Assembly (NCBI RefSeq): GCF_036321535.1
Contig: NC_087436.1
Coordinates: 99,202,001 to 99,266,000 of the forward strand
Length of the DNA: 64,000 nucleotides
From: Camelus dromedarius
Taxonomy: Eukaryota
Reading direction: 5' to 3'
Made by a program: the position numbers and the translations under genes. The notes below the pieces were generated by a model, which was given only the letters and a program-made list of their open reading frames with translations, was not told where the DNA came from and did not search any database. Shown in pieces: positions 10,985 to 24,329 of the stretch (position 1 is the first letter of the stretch; every line of letters begins with the position of its first letter).

Positions 10985-13900
10985 GCTCTGGGGTGGAATA
11001 AGGCTGTCATCCTGATTCCAAATAAGGAGTTAGCCTTTTCTGTGGTTTTTCTAAATAAAAGAGGTTCATAAGGTTTCTAAGAATCAATTTGCACGTGGCT
11101 ATTTTGGTGAAAGAAAAGCAAGTCATAAGGTGGGCAGAATGAGGGAAGTACTGCAGAGAAGAAAGCACGATGTCTTTCTCCTCTGGATCACCCTCTATAG
11201 CTTCCTAGCTGGTGTGTCACTACTGCTTGCAGGACAGTGCACAGTTATTCTCAGCAGGGAGCAGCCTCCTCTGATTTAACCCATTGTGCGCACATTCATT
11301 TCTATTAAACAAAAGACTAAAAAACACCATGGAGTTAAAGAAAATGGAGGATATTGAACATACTATGGAAGAATTAAGATGAATTAAAATTGTCAATGTA
11401 AAGCACATGGAATACTACAGTATACAGTATAAGTCTGCTATGTAGAAGTTATAATTCACATAATATTTTTGATGTCGTGGCAGCTGAAAACTACCTGCAT
11501 AGTGTTACACTTCTTTCATCCAAGTAAATGTATTGAAGTCCAGTCGTAAATTTGTTAGCTTTTGATTCTCTACAGTTAAGGGAGACATGGGTAATTTGAT
11601 ATAGTGGCTATTCATAAATATTTACAGACTTCATTTTGGACACTATTTTCAAGCCCTTCCTTATCAGTTATGCTAACACAAGAAACAACATTGACTGATT
11701 TAATTTTCACCTTTTTCACCTGTCCCTGCTTAGTTGCTAGTAAAAATGTTATGAAGTAGTGAAATAACCAAAAGTCAGACAGACAGGAGCTGAAGGAAAT
11801 AAGAGAATTAGGGGTAAACTTCTTATAGAGTCACAACCATATGGATTATATAAAATCTGGCTTTATCTATACATACAGATATATTCTTAGACATTAAGTA
11901 CATGTGAAATTCTAGCCCATTTTTAAATAAGAGGCTTTGATTTGGTAGTGTTCAATTGTCTAAGTACAACCAAATAAACCAGTATTTGAATAATTACAGT
12001 GGTTTACATGAAGGAGGATTTAGACATGAGTTAAAGAGTTTACATTAATTTTTTTAACCCTCAAACTTGTCTAACATTGTAACCACATCTCTATTGTATT
12101 TTTACAGTCATTTCTCATAATTCTGTATATAAACCCTGTTATTAATGGCACAACAAGTAACATTAAATCTGTAAGTATGGAGTTGAGGAGTTGAAATTCT
12201 AATGTAGACATAGCCATGGCCAAACTTTGTAAGGTTGCCTATGTCTATACCGATGCACAGAGGATGGAATGGTGTAGCATAAAGCCATTGTTGAGACTAC
12301 ACAGTGCCTATTATTTCACATGAGGAAACCAAAGAGTAAAGACTGAATTCTTAGTTCATGGTTATACAATAAATAATAAAACCAAACCTAGATAACTGAG
12401 ATACACTGCTATCTAAACTCAGCAGATGCTTCTAAAATCAAACCGACATTTGCTATTGTTTAGAATCTGAAAGTAAATCTACACTTACTTGTAATTACTT
12501 ACTCTGTAATTTACATCTTTTCCTGACAACTTATATCATCAGTTTCCATAATTCACAGCTTATGTATATTCAAAAAGTAAGATAAAACTTAGAACCTCAT
12601 GTAATGAGACCACCAAAGATTAAAATGTTTGCCTGAGGGCAAGCAAGGTCTTGAAATCAGGCCATTTCACTATCAAGCTAATATTTTATTTGCCTTTGCA
12701 TATGATAAATACGTTAATGCAATTCTGAAAACTTTTGATATACGAATACAATAAATCATTTCAGTGGCCTTTTTAGAACTGAACTATGAGGGAACCTAAT
12801 AGGTACTGGAAATCCCATTTGATGTCATCATTTTAGAGTCAAAGATCTGATTAATATTCATTGGCTTTGTCTGAAATTGAAAGAGTATGATGTTTATCAA
12901 CATATAATGGTGTTTGTTCATTACATTGATTTTTATTATGAGTTTTCACAATTTGAAATAATAACTACAAAAACAACCCAAATGGATTTCTGATTGTTCA
13001 TTGTTTATAGCATCTGTAGAAAATATGTTGGCATGACATTCACAACTAGCATGCTTTATTTAAAATTAAAGGGAAAATAGTACTAATTATAAACATTGTC
13101 TATAATGGAGCTTTGTGGTTTACATAATTACATTTTGTAAAAGAAAGGAGGCAAGCTTGGTCTGACTTCATTTTTCCATCAAAAAGGATCTGACTGTCTT
13201 CCTCCCATGGTACCAGCTGCACTGTTCTTTTCATGAGATCAGTGTGCATTTCAATAGCCTGCAGAGAGAGTTTACTTTCTAAGAGCTGCCTCTTGCAAAT
13301 GTGCCAGTGGAAGGATAATTTTGCTGTCTGTAATAGCATGTGGAGGGCTAGTCCTGTCCAGAAATTTTGCTTCACAAGCTATGACTAGACCAGCACTGCC
13401 ACCAAAAAATCCCAGTCTCAAATAAAAAGGTATTTTTCTGCCACTGTTCCCAAGGAGTATTTTCCAAATTAAATAAATGTATAAATAAATTAAAAAAGTA
13501 AATAATTTATTTCATGGTTTCTAATCTTAGGCTTTCCTCTTATTTTTTACATGTAGGAAAAAAATACATTAAAACAGACAGAAGGACTCAAAAGTGAAAA
13601 TTAAAATGACTTGGCTAAATACACTTCATTTAAATTTTCAAGGTAGTAAATGAGAAGAACTAAAATAAATATTCCAAGCAATGAAAAGCTATGTCTTTTC
13701 CTCAAAATAATATAAATCAGCATATTGAAAATAAAACATTGTTTTTTAATGTTTAACAGAAAAAATGTATAAAGTGAAAGGAAATTCACAGAATTTACAT
13801 TGGTAACACAGGATGTATGTAAGAACCTTTTGGGGACCTTTCCATACCCTAGATTGTCTCTGTTTTTCAGACAAAATGACCCGCATGCCTTAGATAACAT

Positions 13901-13999
13901 TCATTTCTACTTCTTTAGAGTCCAGAGAAGTGTCTTGTATAATGGATTCTTATAATTATGATAGCTTTCTACCACGTTATATTTAATGAAATGGACAAA

Positions 14000-14120
14000 T
14001 TCTAGGTACTGCTTTGATGTTTTACTCATCGTGTGACCTTGAGTAAAGTAATTCATATCTCTGTTCCCTTTGTTTCCACATCTTTAAAGTGAGGAGAGGG
14101 TTAATAAATACCTACAGGCA
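14000..14120 (+). mobile_element. MIR SINE fragment
   Basis: GTGTGACCTTGAGTAAAGT...TGTTTCCACATCTTTAAAGTGAGG...TAATAATACCTAC matches the MIR core. Confidence 0.7.
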
Positions 14121-15159
14121 AGTTAGCCACAGTCTAACATAATACCTAATGAAAATAACTGATGACATTTCTTCATAAATAATTTTAGTAATGAATTATA
14201 TATGAGAAGTCAATTATAGAAAATAAAGGTAAGAGCAAGCAGAGAACATCAAAGGTCTACAAAACATGATAGAATCTATACTTGTTCTACGTATCATTTG
14301 ATATAAGCAATAAAATTAGAAGGATGTAAATGCAAAATAAATCTGTAGCTTTTAAAACTATTCAAGCCTTAGAAGAGAATGCTGCAATACAAAAATATTT
14401 AGAAACATAATCCTAATCCTTTCTTCAGGGATTAGAAAAAAGAAACTAACAAGGCAAAAAACTACTCCTTGGTGGAAGTTTTTAATCACTTCATAATATA
14501 ACCTGCTCTAGCGCACATTTAATTAATTATTATTAAATGTTAACAATATGTGTTGGTGATAGCTCCCTATTGCTAAGAATCATCATCTTTTAATGTGCCT
14601 GAAAATATTTTTGGAACCAAAACCTCTTTTGGAAGGTATTCCTTTTAACAAAGTCTACTGAATGGTTATAGGCTGAGAAAAGGAGCTTGTATGAAGGATG
14701 ATTCTTGTTATTTTAATATTATTAAAAAAATAAAAAGACAAATCTCAAAGACCAGAAGAAGATTACACGTTTACTGAATTAAACTAAAATGTAAATTCAT
14801 TACTGATTCATATTCTGAAAAAGAAAGAAGACTAAGTTGCATTAGGATGATTGATATAACAAAGGAAATTTTGAAGTGTAAACATAAATCAAATGATTTG
14901 CTTTATCCAGAGCTAAGAAATAAATAGCACAATATAACTACTTTAACCAATAGAATTTAAACCATTACTGAAGAAACAGTTTATATAATCTTAACCCTGT
15001 ATTAAATGTGGTTCTATTTATTGAGCACACATATGTGCCAGGTTCTATAGTAGATGTTGACGTTTCAAAGACATCATTCTTAAGCCAAGAATCAGAATTC
15101 ACAGTCTAATGGAAAAGACATTACCCATAAGTACCTAGTTTCAATTTTAGGTGGTAAAG

Positions 15160-15640
15160 GACACATTTATGCTGTTCCTCCTCCCCAGCACTCTGTGTCT
15201 ACTACAAAATGTGCCTAGCTCTCATTTACTACTGTGATCTAATGGAATTTGTCATCTCCCATGTTCAGGCTGTTTGGATTCAGTGATTTAATGGCTAGGA
15301 TCTACTGAAGATGAGTTAAATACACACCCCAGCTCACTGAATAGCCAGACCATCAGTGACTTCCAGAATGGGCCTCTGATCCACACTAGGCCAACTGGCA
15401 CCCTCCACTATGATTCCTAACATGCTATCCTCTGATGGCAGATGCATGCCTAGTTATATAAGTGGTCTTACTTCCAACTGTGTAGAAAAAGTTGGAAGGG
15501 AACATGGTACTGAGACATCTAAGTACTGCTGCTATTTTTGTGCTGAGCCCTGCCTTTCCCATCATTTTACTATTTGAAACAATGGCTATTTTTTCCTATG
15601 TCAGGTTGAATTGCATTTTGATGGCTGATGACCATTTATT
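15160..15640 (+). mobile_element. Old MaLR (MLT1-type) LTR fragment, following an antisense L2 tail (~14990-15150)
   Basis: CAGTGACTTCCAGAATGGGCCTCTGATCCACACTAGGCCAA is MLT1-like. Upstream TTTATTGAGCACACATATGTGCCAGG is an antisense L2 3' end. Confidence 0.45.
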
Positions 15641-17799
15641 GGTTTCCGTGCATGATTTCCACAAATAATTAATACTTACGATAAATAATAAAAAAGAGTA
15701 TTTCTGGAGGTATTACATCCATCAGGTTCTTCACTTCTCCTGGGAGGAAGGCAGATTACAGAAATAGTGAAAAAATGCAGTTACACTAAACTTATAAAAG
15801 CTTTGGGGATACTTTAAAAATATTTTGCTAAGAGGGATTGATTCAGATAGGAGAAATCCCTAGGTGGATACGTAAGTAATGTAAGCAACGGTTGTCTAAG
15901 GGAGTTTTATGGAACTTCACTTCTGTACACTAGTTTTAGGGATCAAATTTTGGTTTCTTAAAATTTGTTCACATTTTAAAAGGTCTATACTAAAAATTCA
16001 CTTATAAATTAAATTCAGTGTCTCATATGAAATGTTGTACATTGCATTTTCAACTTGTTCTGCTGGGCAATTTCAATTTTATGAATACATCAGGTTAAAA
16101 TTGACCTTGCTGTCTCTCTAAATACATTTGTATTTTTATAGATATATAAGAGACTAGAAATAATATAGTTCTGTTCAGTAGAAATTATATAGTTCTCCAT
16201 CAGACTTAGCCAAACATGCATATATTTATTTTGGATTAGATAAGGAAGCCCCCAACATCAAGATAAGCATGTCATACTCAATTTAATACTAAATAAATGT
16301 CCACCTTTTGTATTATGTGATTAACAGGGTGACCCCAGGCTCTGTGTCCTTTCTTAGCAAGAGTGTCTTCCACTGTAAATGAGAAGCAGATAGATTATCT
16401 GTAATTAAGACTATGTGTGGCTTAAATGTTATATGCTTAAGATGAGGTCTGAGACACATTAAGTATCCCCCAAAATTATCAGCTTCATTCTTATTAGAAT
16501 TTCACTTCTATTATTATTGATGAATCAAGATATCTTTTTTATTTCTTATTTCATGTTTAAATGTAATGTTCATAGAAAAAATAATATGCAAAAAATGATA
16601 ATGAATTTGGTTTAAAAATACATGAGAAAATATATAAGAAGTCTTGTTATGCTAGTATACTGGCATTAAATGTTTGACAAGTATAAATTCCATTATATTC
16701 AAACATATGTATAAAACAAAAACTAAAGAGTCCAATTTTTTTGCACATTGACAACAAGTAAGAAAGTAATGGAGATTATTTGGTTCCACTTGTCAAAGGG
16801 ATAAAATATGCATAATACTCAGCATGATTTTAAGCAGTGCTGTCTTTCAAAATATTTCTGTATTTGTTACCATATTACATCATTTAAAAACTAATAAAAT
16901 CTAGTATAAAATAAGAATTTTCAGCTTTTAATTGAAATCAAAGAGGTTATATACTTCCAACATTGTCAAAGAAAATTTAGATGTGGAAACAAAATAGACT
17001 TTCAGTACCATTCAATATTATCGTATCACACTTTAGCAAAATGCATGTTCCATATGTGTGTGTAACTGTCCTCAATGAGTGCATATTTAAGGAAAGAATT
17101 TACTATTAGAAAATGAAATTAAAAAGGAAAATTGGTCACACTGTTACATTAACACTTGTGTCAGATTTTTTTTTTATAAAATTAATCCAGGGTTTTGTAT
17201 ATCGTGTTTGAATTCAGAACACATAATCAAGGCACCTAAATACACCAACCATTCAGGACAGAAGCCATAAACAATTGTTAAGGCCACACCATGGCATTCT
17301 AGTTGAATGATCATTCCTCCTCATAAGTTAAATATAAACATATTTCCTATGAAAACCATCATGTAAATATTGCTCTTAAATTTTAATTAGTTATGTTCAT
17401 AGTTTGCTGACATTTAAACTGTCTGGTGTTAACATTTTCAAGGCTTTAATTAACAAGTACAACAGGGTTTGCTTAATGCTGTAATATGGTAGAACATAAT
17501 TTTATGTATCTATTTTAATACCCAAATATTATCTGAGAGACATAGATTTATATAAAAATTAAATACCTGTACTAGACAAATAATGTCATGTTGCCTTCTT
17601 TAGCATTCATAAAATTTCACAGCTGAAATAAATGGCACTTTGTTCATTACAACATAAGTTTCTTAATTGTTATAATTGGATCTATAATTTTATATTTCTG
17701 ATATTATGGAGAAATAGACACAAATATGCATTTCTAATTAGATGAATTTCCAAGGCCAGGTCAAGAAGAAATTATTTCATATGATATTACAAAACATAT

Positions 17800-18005
17800 T
17801 TAATTGGTCATTTATTTGGGGCCAGGCATTTTAATTTGGATTGTCACATTTACTCTTCCCAACCACCACATGCAGTGTATGTTAATAGTATCCTTGTTTT
17901 ACAGAGGAAAACATGCAGGTAGAGAGAAGTGGTATAATTAATCACAGGAAGATGCAGTATCTGAATCTCAGGTAGTTGTTTCCTAAGCCTGTGCTTTCAA
18001 CTTGT
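17800..18005 (-). mobile_element. MIR SINE
   Basis: GTATCCTTGTTTTACAGAGGAAAACATGCAGG...TCTGAATCTCAGGTAG matches antisense MIR. Confidence 0.65.
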
Positions 18006-20740
18006 ATATCTTGCTGCTTTGCAAATGTGTCTAAATTTCTTAGTTTTAATGTGAACCCGGGCATTACTTCATTAACTTCCGTCTGATTTCTCACATTTTG
18101 ATACCTATTATTGCTTAATAAATGCTGTAATAATTGCATTTAAATTCTAGCCTTAACACCTGCTGGTAACGGATTTTCTTTCTCCCAATATCCTATCACT
18201 TCTCCCACTCTGCTTTACCTTGTGGTAAACTAGGGTGGAGAGCCTGAGGGTAAGGGATTTCTCTTGGTTAAGTGAGTGATTAATTCTGTTAGGATTAGTA
18301 TCCTGCCTCACTGAGAAGTCAGAGACAGAATGTACTGTACACTCTTGGTTGCCTATCCAACATATGTTTTTTCTTTAGTCTTGCTTAACATTTTGGGTGA
18401 GCATCCAGCCTTCTTCCACTCATCTGAGTGCCTTTGGGCAAGCTGGTTCAACTTTCTGGCTCCAGCTTTAGTCCTTAGTATGTTCTACATATATAACCTC
18501 AATTATAAAGCCTTATGCTGTGTGTTGGTCCTGTCATTCGGTTAGTAACAGTGAAGTGCAGGCATTCTAAATTCAGAGTCCACACTCTTTAACACCAAGC
18601 CCTATTGACTATCATATAAGACTGGACATGTACCATATCAGAGGAGAAGAAACTCATAAGATAACGGTAAAAAGCAAAAAGAAAATTCTATCTTGTATGT
18701 TCTCAGGCAAGTATGCTCACTATTTAATAAACAGTAAATACCACTTATTATTTTTATTGTCATTATTATAATTATAGTTATATAAATCAGGGCATTTTGC
18801 TATCTTTGAAATCCATTTTCAGAGCCAAGTCTGAGAAAAACAATAAAATAAGTGAAGTCATTCACTGCTTTCCCTTTCCCCTGCTCTTCTTCCCAACAAT
18901 CACTTCCTCAATAGCCTCCCCAGGCAATGCAAGCCCTCATTCTGCCTTTCACCAGCTCAAACTTCTACAGCTGAAATGCCCCCAAGCTGCCACTTGCCAA
19001 ACCTTCTGTTCACTAAAACAAATCTATTGTGTTTTTCCTAATCATGTCCTATTATCAGCTTAATGACAGTTAGTAATTTTGTAGCTTAGCTGCCCTTAGT
19101 TAATGTGCTGCTCCATTGTTTATTCATTAGTCAGAAAATGTTTATTTAATAATTTCCATGTGCAAAGGACTGTGAGAAGGATATAGAACTGGTGCCAATT
19201 CTCCAGGAACTCTCTGGCTTCTTGAGTAAATGGAACACATATACAAATAAATAGTTCACGCTAACAAAATCGGCATGGGGGGTGGTCACTAAAAAAATAT
19301 AGCTTACTTTCTGTAAAAGTAAGAAGAGAGGCTACTTTACCTGTTAATTCTTGGGCATTGTTACAGGGGTCTTAAGAAGATAAAAGATTTGAACTTTACA
19401 TTTGAGTCTCTCTGTGATTGATTGCTTAGATTTATTTACATTATTGCTTTTGGGTTTTTCATATTTAACAATGTCAACTGCAAGGCTATCTTCTTCACGC
19501 TAGATTTCAGGATGGAAACAACCCACTTAAGGCTTTTAAGAACACAAGAGATGGAACTTCTTTATCTCCTATCTGCTGTCTCTGGGAGTTGCTGGCCAAT
19601 GGCACGTTTCCCCAGCAATGATTATGGGTATCAGTCTCTGGGAGTGGAAGCAGAAACTCAAGCCATCTGCTAATCTAGACTGTGTAAGAAACACATTTTA
19701 CCTTATCAAATGTCTCAGTCTCCCCTTAACTGCTTTACTCTTTTTGTCTTAAAATTATGCAAGACCTTAGAGACAACACTTTAAAGTTTAAATGTCTTCA
19801 AGATTTTGAGCATTTCTGATCCTAATCAATATCTTTGGTGAAAGAAATTGTTTATCTTTTCAACATCTTTGAAAGAAGGGCTTCAGTAGAGGCAGTCTCA
19901 AACTATATTCTGGAGTGCTTGTGTATATAGGTAGTTACTAGTTTCCGAAAAATTGAGATTTTGCATCACATTTTCATTATGTAGTATTTCTCAGGATCTT
20001 ATTCTGTAATCATAGATTCATACTTACATTATTGCTTACTTAATTTTAAAAAAGGCTTAACCTGAAAAGAAAACAGGAAGGTTGTCTGGAATAAGCTTAA
20101 CATTTTTCTATGAAATATATTTGTCCTCAAAAGCATATTGATTTTGACAGAAGGTAGTCCTCATGTTTGGCTTTGAGGTGACTGTGTGAGTGAAAAAAAA
20201 GAAACCAACCTGGCTTACATTTAATGGTCTTAGTCACCAGCTGGCTAAAACCTCTAAACTATACATTTTCAGAACAAAGATTACAGAGCAAAGAACCTTA
20301 ATCCCATAACCACATCCAGATTCTCATGAATTAATTCATTAGTTCATAATAAATTACATCCTCAAATCCATGCTTAAACTAATGTGCAGCCATTCATTTT
20401 CTTCCTTTTGGGTTTCTGAGCATTGGTTCAAATTTCTTTAATTACTAAAAAGCAACATTAACAAGAAACACAGTAAATTATACTCACAGAGGTAGAGATA
20501 AACAGAATTGCTAAGTGCCAAACAGGTATCTTTGTAGTATCTTGGTCTATTTTTTTTTTAAATCCAAGTTTGGCAAAAATATTCAACCAAGTTAAAAGTG
20601 GAAATAAATGCCAAAAACTCAAAATATTTAAGACTTTTTATGTTGTTTTACTTTTGCTTATTCATAATAATTACTAATTTTTTTGGATGGAGTAGTCTTT
20701 GTTATTAGTACTGGGAACACTTAAGACAGAACAATTATAA

Positions 20741-21900
20741 GATGGTGGAGTAGAAGGACGCTTGTAGCTCACCCTCTCCCACAAATACACCAAAACTCAC
20801 ATCTACAGACCCACTCAGCCACACAGAGCACCTGTCGAACTCTGACAGAACATCGCCCTCTTCGAAAGACAAAGATGCCAAAAATCTGGTAGGAGAAAAG
20901 GAAAAAAGAAGAAAAAGCAAAACAGTGTGGTACCGATCCCGCGGGGAGGGGGTGGCAAAGGAGGACTGGCGCTCATTCGCTGGGTCTCCCCTCTCCAACG
21001 GAGAGGCCAGAGGGATGGAGGGGGAGCCTCCGAGGCTCAGATCTGCCCCGAGCACCCCTTGACAGACAGAACCGAGTTAAACGGGCACAAAGGGTCCCCA
21101 CGATACCCAGCCCCAAACTCGAGCCGGCAGCTGGGGCCAGGACAGGCCGCCCGAGTCGGGCGGAGGACTGGGGCAGCTGCACTGAAGCAGCCCCGGGGAA
21201 CTGTAGAGGGCTGCACACTGTGGCTGGGAGGGGATACAGAGCAGAACAACCTCGTTCCCCCATAAATTGTGAAAAAAGCAAAGCAACAAGGCTGGTGTGC
21301 CCTGGGGGGAGGGGCGCCATAGCCTTTGTCTCCTCAGACCTGCACCGCCATCACTGGCGCTTCTCACGAAAAGAGAGGCGGGGCTCAGCCACAGCCGCCA
21401 TATTCTCCTGTGCGCAGCTCCAGGGCGGAGGTGGGGCCAAGACATGAATCCGCACCCAGGGGCTCCGCAACCTCCTAGGCAGGACTGAGACTTGTTTACA
21501 GCTGGAGGCAGATAGGATCTTTCTGCCCTGGCACCTCAGAGAACTCACGCCGCCAAGACAAACAAGGAGCTGAAATTTGGCATGGAGCAGAGGCGGGGCC
21601 GTTCCGTGGTCTTCCCTGAGCCCGCCGTCAGAACACTGACCCAAGGTGGAGCAGGCAGCTGCACAGAGCAGCAGAGTGACCTGCGCTGGGAAAGGGCAGG
21701 TGGCAACCCTCTTTCCTGGCAGGAACGTGGCACCTGACCACGGTGCTGGGAGGGGGCGCGATCTGCCGTCCTGCCTCCCTGAGCACAGCATCTGACTGCG
21801 GCATCAGGAGGGGGAGTGACTCACATGCCCACCAGATAAGAGCTCAGCCCTGAACCAGTGTTGGGAGGGGGCACGATCTGCTAGCCGACAGCCACTGGGA
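20741..21900 (+). promoter_or_regulatory. L1 5'UTR internal Pol II promoter; the only CpG-rich island in the window
   Basis: Abrupt GC/CpG enrichment relative to the AT-rich flanks. There is a YY1-like site AAGATGGTGG (20739-20748; consensus AAGATGGCGG). Confidence 0.75.
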
Positions 21901-22062
21901 GCAGCACAGAAGAGGGTGCCAGCAGAGGGCCTCTGGAAACAGCAAGCTGAGTTCGTGAAACAGGGCAAAGACACAAAGACCTCTCGATAAAATCATTAAG
22001 AGCACAGCATCTCCAGGGGAACTAGATAACTGATACTCCTTAAGCCACAGTGCCAGAGAGAT

Positions 22063-22957
22063 ATGAGCAAGATGAAGAAGCAGAAGAACCACTCCCAATT
22101 AAAAGATCAAAAGAAATCCCCTGAAAGCACGATCAAGGAAATAGACATTGATGGCCTACTAGATCAAGATTTCAAAAAAGGAGTGATCAAAGTATTGAAG
22201 GAACTAAAAGAAATAGTGTTTAGACATAAAAAAAATGTCAAAAATGAAATAGAAGCTATAAAGAAGAACCAAGTAGAATTAGTAAACTCATTTGCTGAGA
22301 TGACAGCTGATCTAATGGCTGTACAAAGCAGGCTAGATAATACAGAGGAGCAAATTAGTGACCTAGAAGACAGGACAACAGAAAGCACCCAATCAGAACA
22401 GTTGAGAGAAAAACAAATAAAAAACAATGAAAACAATATAAGGGACCTATGGGATAATATAAAGCGTGCCAATCTATGCATAATAGGGCTTCCAGAAGGG
22501 GAAGAAAGAATACAGGGAATTGAAAAGGTATTTGAAGAAATCATGACTGAAAACTTCCCAAACCTAAAGGAATCAGATATCCAAGTACAGGAGGCTCAGA
22601 GGGTCCCAAACAAGAAGAACCTAAACAGACCCACACCAAGACATAATCAAGATGGCCACAGTCAAGGCTAAAGAAATGATCCTAAACGCAGCAAGAGAAA
22701 AACAAAGAGTGAGCTACAAGGGAACCTCCATAAGGTTCTCAGCTGATTTCTCTACACGAACACTACAGACTAGAAGGGAGTGGCAAGATATATTCAAAGT
22801 CCTGAATGAAAAAAAGATGCAGCCTAGGATACTCTATCCAACAAGGCTATCCTTTAGAATAGAAGGAGAGATAAAGAACTTCACAGACAAGCAAAAACTA
22901 AAAGAGTTTAGCAACACTAAACCCATGCTAAAAGAAATATTGAAAGGTCTACTCTAA
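22063..22957 (+). pseudogene. LINE-1 ORF1p (coiled coil, RRM, CTD), frameshifted near 22645-22650
   Basis: ORF 22063..22671 (IRDLWDNIKRANLCIIGLPEGEE, ENFPNL, IQVQEAQRVP, RPTPRH) continues in another frame as 22652..22957 (AAREKQRVSYKG, SADFS, RREWQDIFKVL, QPRILYP). The expected RHIIIK is reduced to AGACATAATCAAG, consistent with a small deletion. Confidence 0.95.
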
Positions 22958-23100
22958 ATAGAAAAGAAGCAGGATGCTATAAAAAGGAGAAACTCATAAC
23001 TGGAAAGGAGATAACTGCCATGAATTACAAAAAGAATAAACATAAAATTGTAAAAGAAGACATCTAAATCATTAAGCGTGGGAGAGGGAAGTAAGGAAAG

Positions 23101-23469
23101 CCATTGTGGAAAACAGTAAGGAGATTCCTCAAAAGACTAGGAATAGACTTACCATACGACCCAGGAATCCCACTCCTGGGCATAAATCCAGAAGGAACCC
23201 TACTTCAAAATGACACCTGCACCCCAATGTTCATAGCAGCACTATTTACAATAGCCAGGACATGGAAGTGGCCTGGATGTCCATCAACAGATGACTGAGT
23301 AAAGAAGCTGTGGTATATTTATACGATAGAGTACTATTCAGCCATAAAAGCCGACAACATAACGCCATTTGCAGGAACATGGATGTTCCTGGAGAATGTC
23401 ATTCTAAGTGAAGTAAGCCAGAAAGAGAAAGAAAAATACCATATGAGATTGCTCATAAGAAGAATCTAA
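23101..23469 (+). pseudogene. LINE-1 ORF2p extreme C-terminal remnant with a premature TGA at 23296-23298
   Basis: Colinear with 1522-1890 of the other young copy (PLWKTV...[12 protein letters not shown]...[12 protein letters not shown]). Confidence 0.93.
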
Positions 23470-24329
23470 AAACAAAAGAAAACATAAGTACAAAACAGAA
23501 ACAGACTCGTAGACATAGAATACAAACTTGTGATTGCCAAGGGGGTGGGGGGTGGGAAGGAACAGACTGGGATTTTAAAATGCAGAACAGATAAACAAGA
23601 TTATACTGTATAGCACAGGGAAATATAAACAAGATCTTATGGTAGCTCATAGCAAAAAAAAAAAAAAAAAGTGACAATGAATATATATATGCTCATATAT
23701 AACTGAAAAATTGTGCTCTACACTAGAATTTGACACAACATTGTAAAATGACTATTACTCAGTAAAAAAAAAAAAAGAATAAAAAAAAAAAAAGACAGCA
23801 CAATTATAACTTCCATACATGGATATGGATATAAATAATCCATACAACTGACTCCCAAAGACATTCAGAACTCCTGGCATAAAAACTATTAATTAGACTC
23901 ATGACAGGGTAAATTCCCGAGGACCTGGGTCACATACTGCCATTTGGCAATGGGTGCCTCAAGGTTGATTTTCTGTTTGGTTCTTCAAACCTAAAGTTTT
24001 TTTCTTTATTTATTTGCCTTTTTATAGTCATGTTTATTGTTTTCTACAATAGTGACTTCTCTTGATGGCACTCACATGTTTCAAGGACAATAATAAACTG
24101 ATCTTGCCAACTATGTGAATTTTTACTTTAGTAAATGAAATTGTTCTACTCCTTTTAACAGCACTAAGATTAGCAGTTCCATTCATTTACAGGATTTCAC
24201 TTATAAACTATATGCTTCTCAGACTTCTTGAGGACCAATATGTGGTCCTCTTCACTATAACTTCAGTAACTAGCATCGTTTCTGGAGGAATGTGTTATTA
24301 TCTGTGTAAATGTACTGATACCTTACAAA

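Larger units (their letters stand above)
20741..23791 (+). mobile_element. Internally deleted LINE-1: near-complete 5'UTR + ORF1 + spacer fused to the last 369 nt of ORF2 + 3'UTR + polyA
   Basis: Starts with the L1 5' motif (AA)GATGGTGGAGTAGAAGGACG. ORF1 spans 22063-22957, the junction is at 23100/23101 and polyA runs to 23791. TSD AAGACAGAACAATTATAA (20723-20740) versus AAGACAGCACAATTATAA (23792-23809), at a TT/AAGA endonuclease-type site. Confidence 0.97.

Noticed and set aside
20735..21791. Several overlapping 70-146 aa ORFs as novel genes
   Set aside because: All lie in the GC-rich L1 5'UTR, where stop codons are scarce. There are no recognisable domains.
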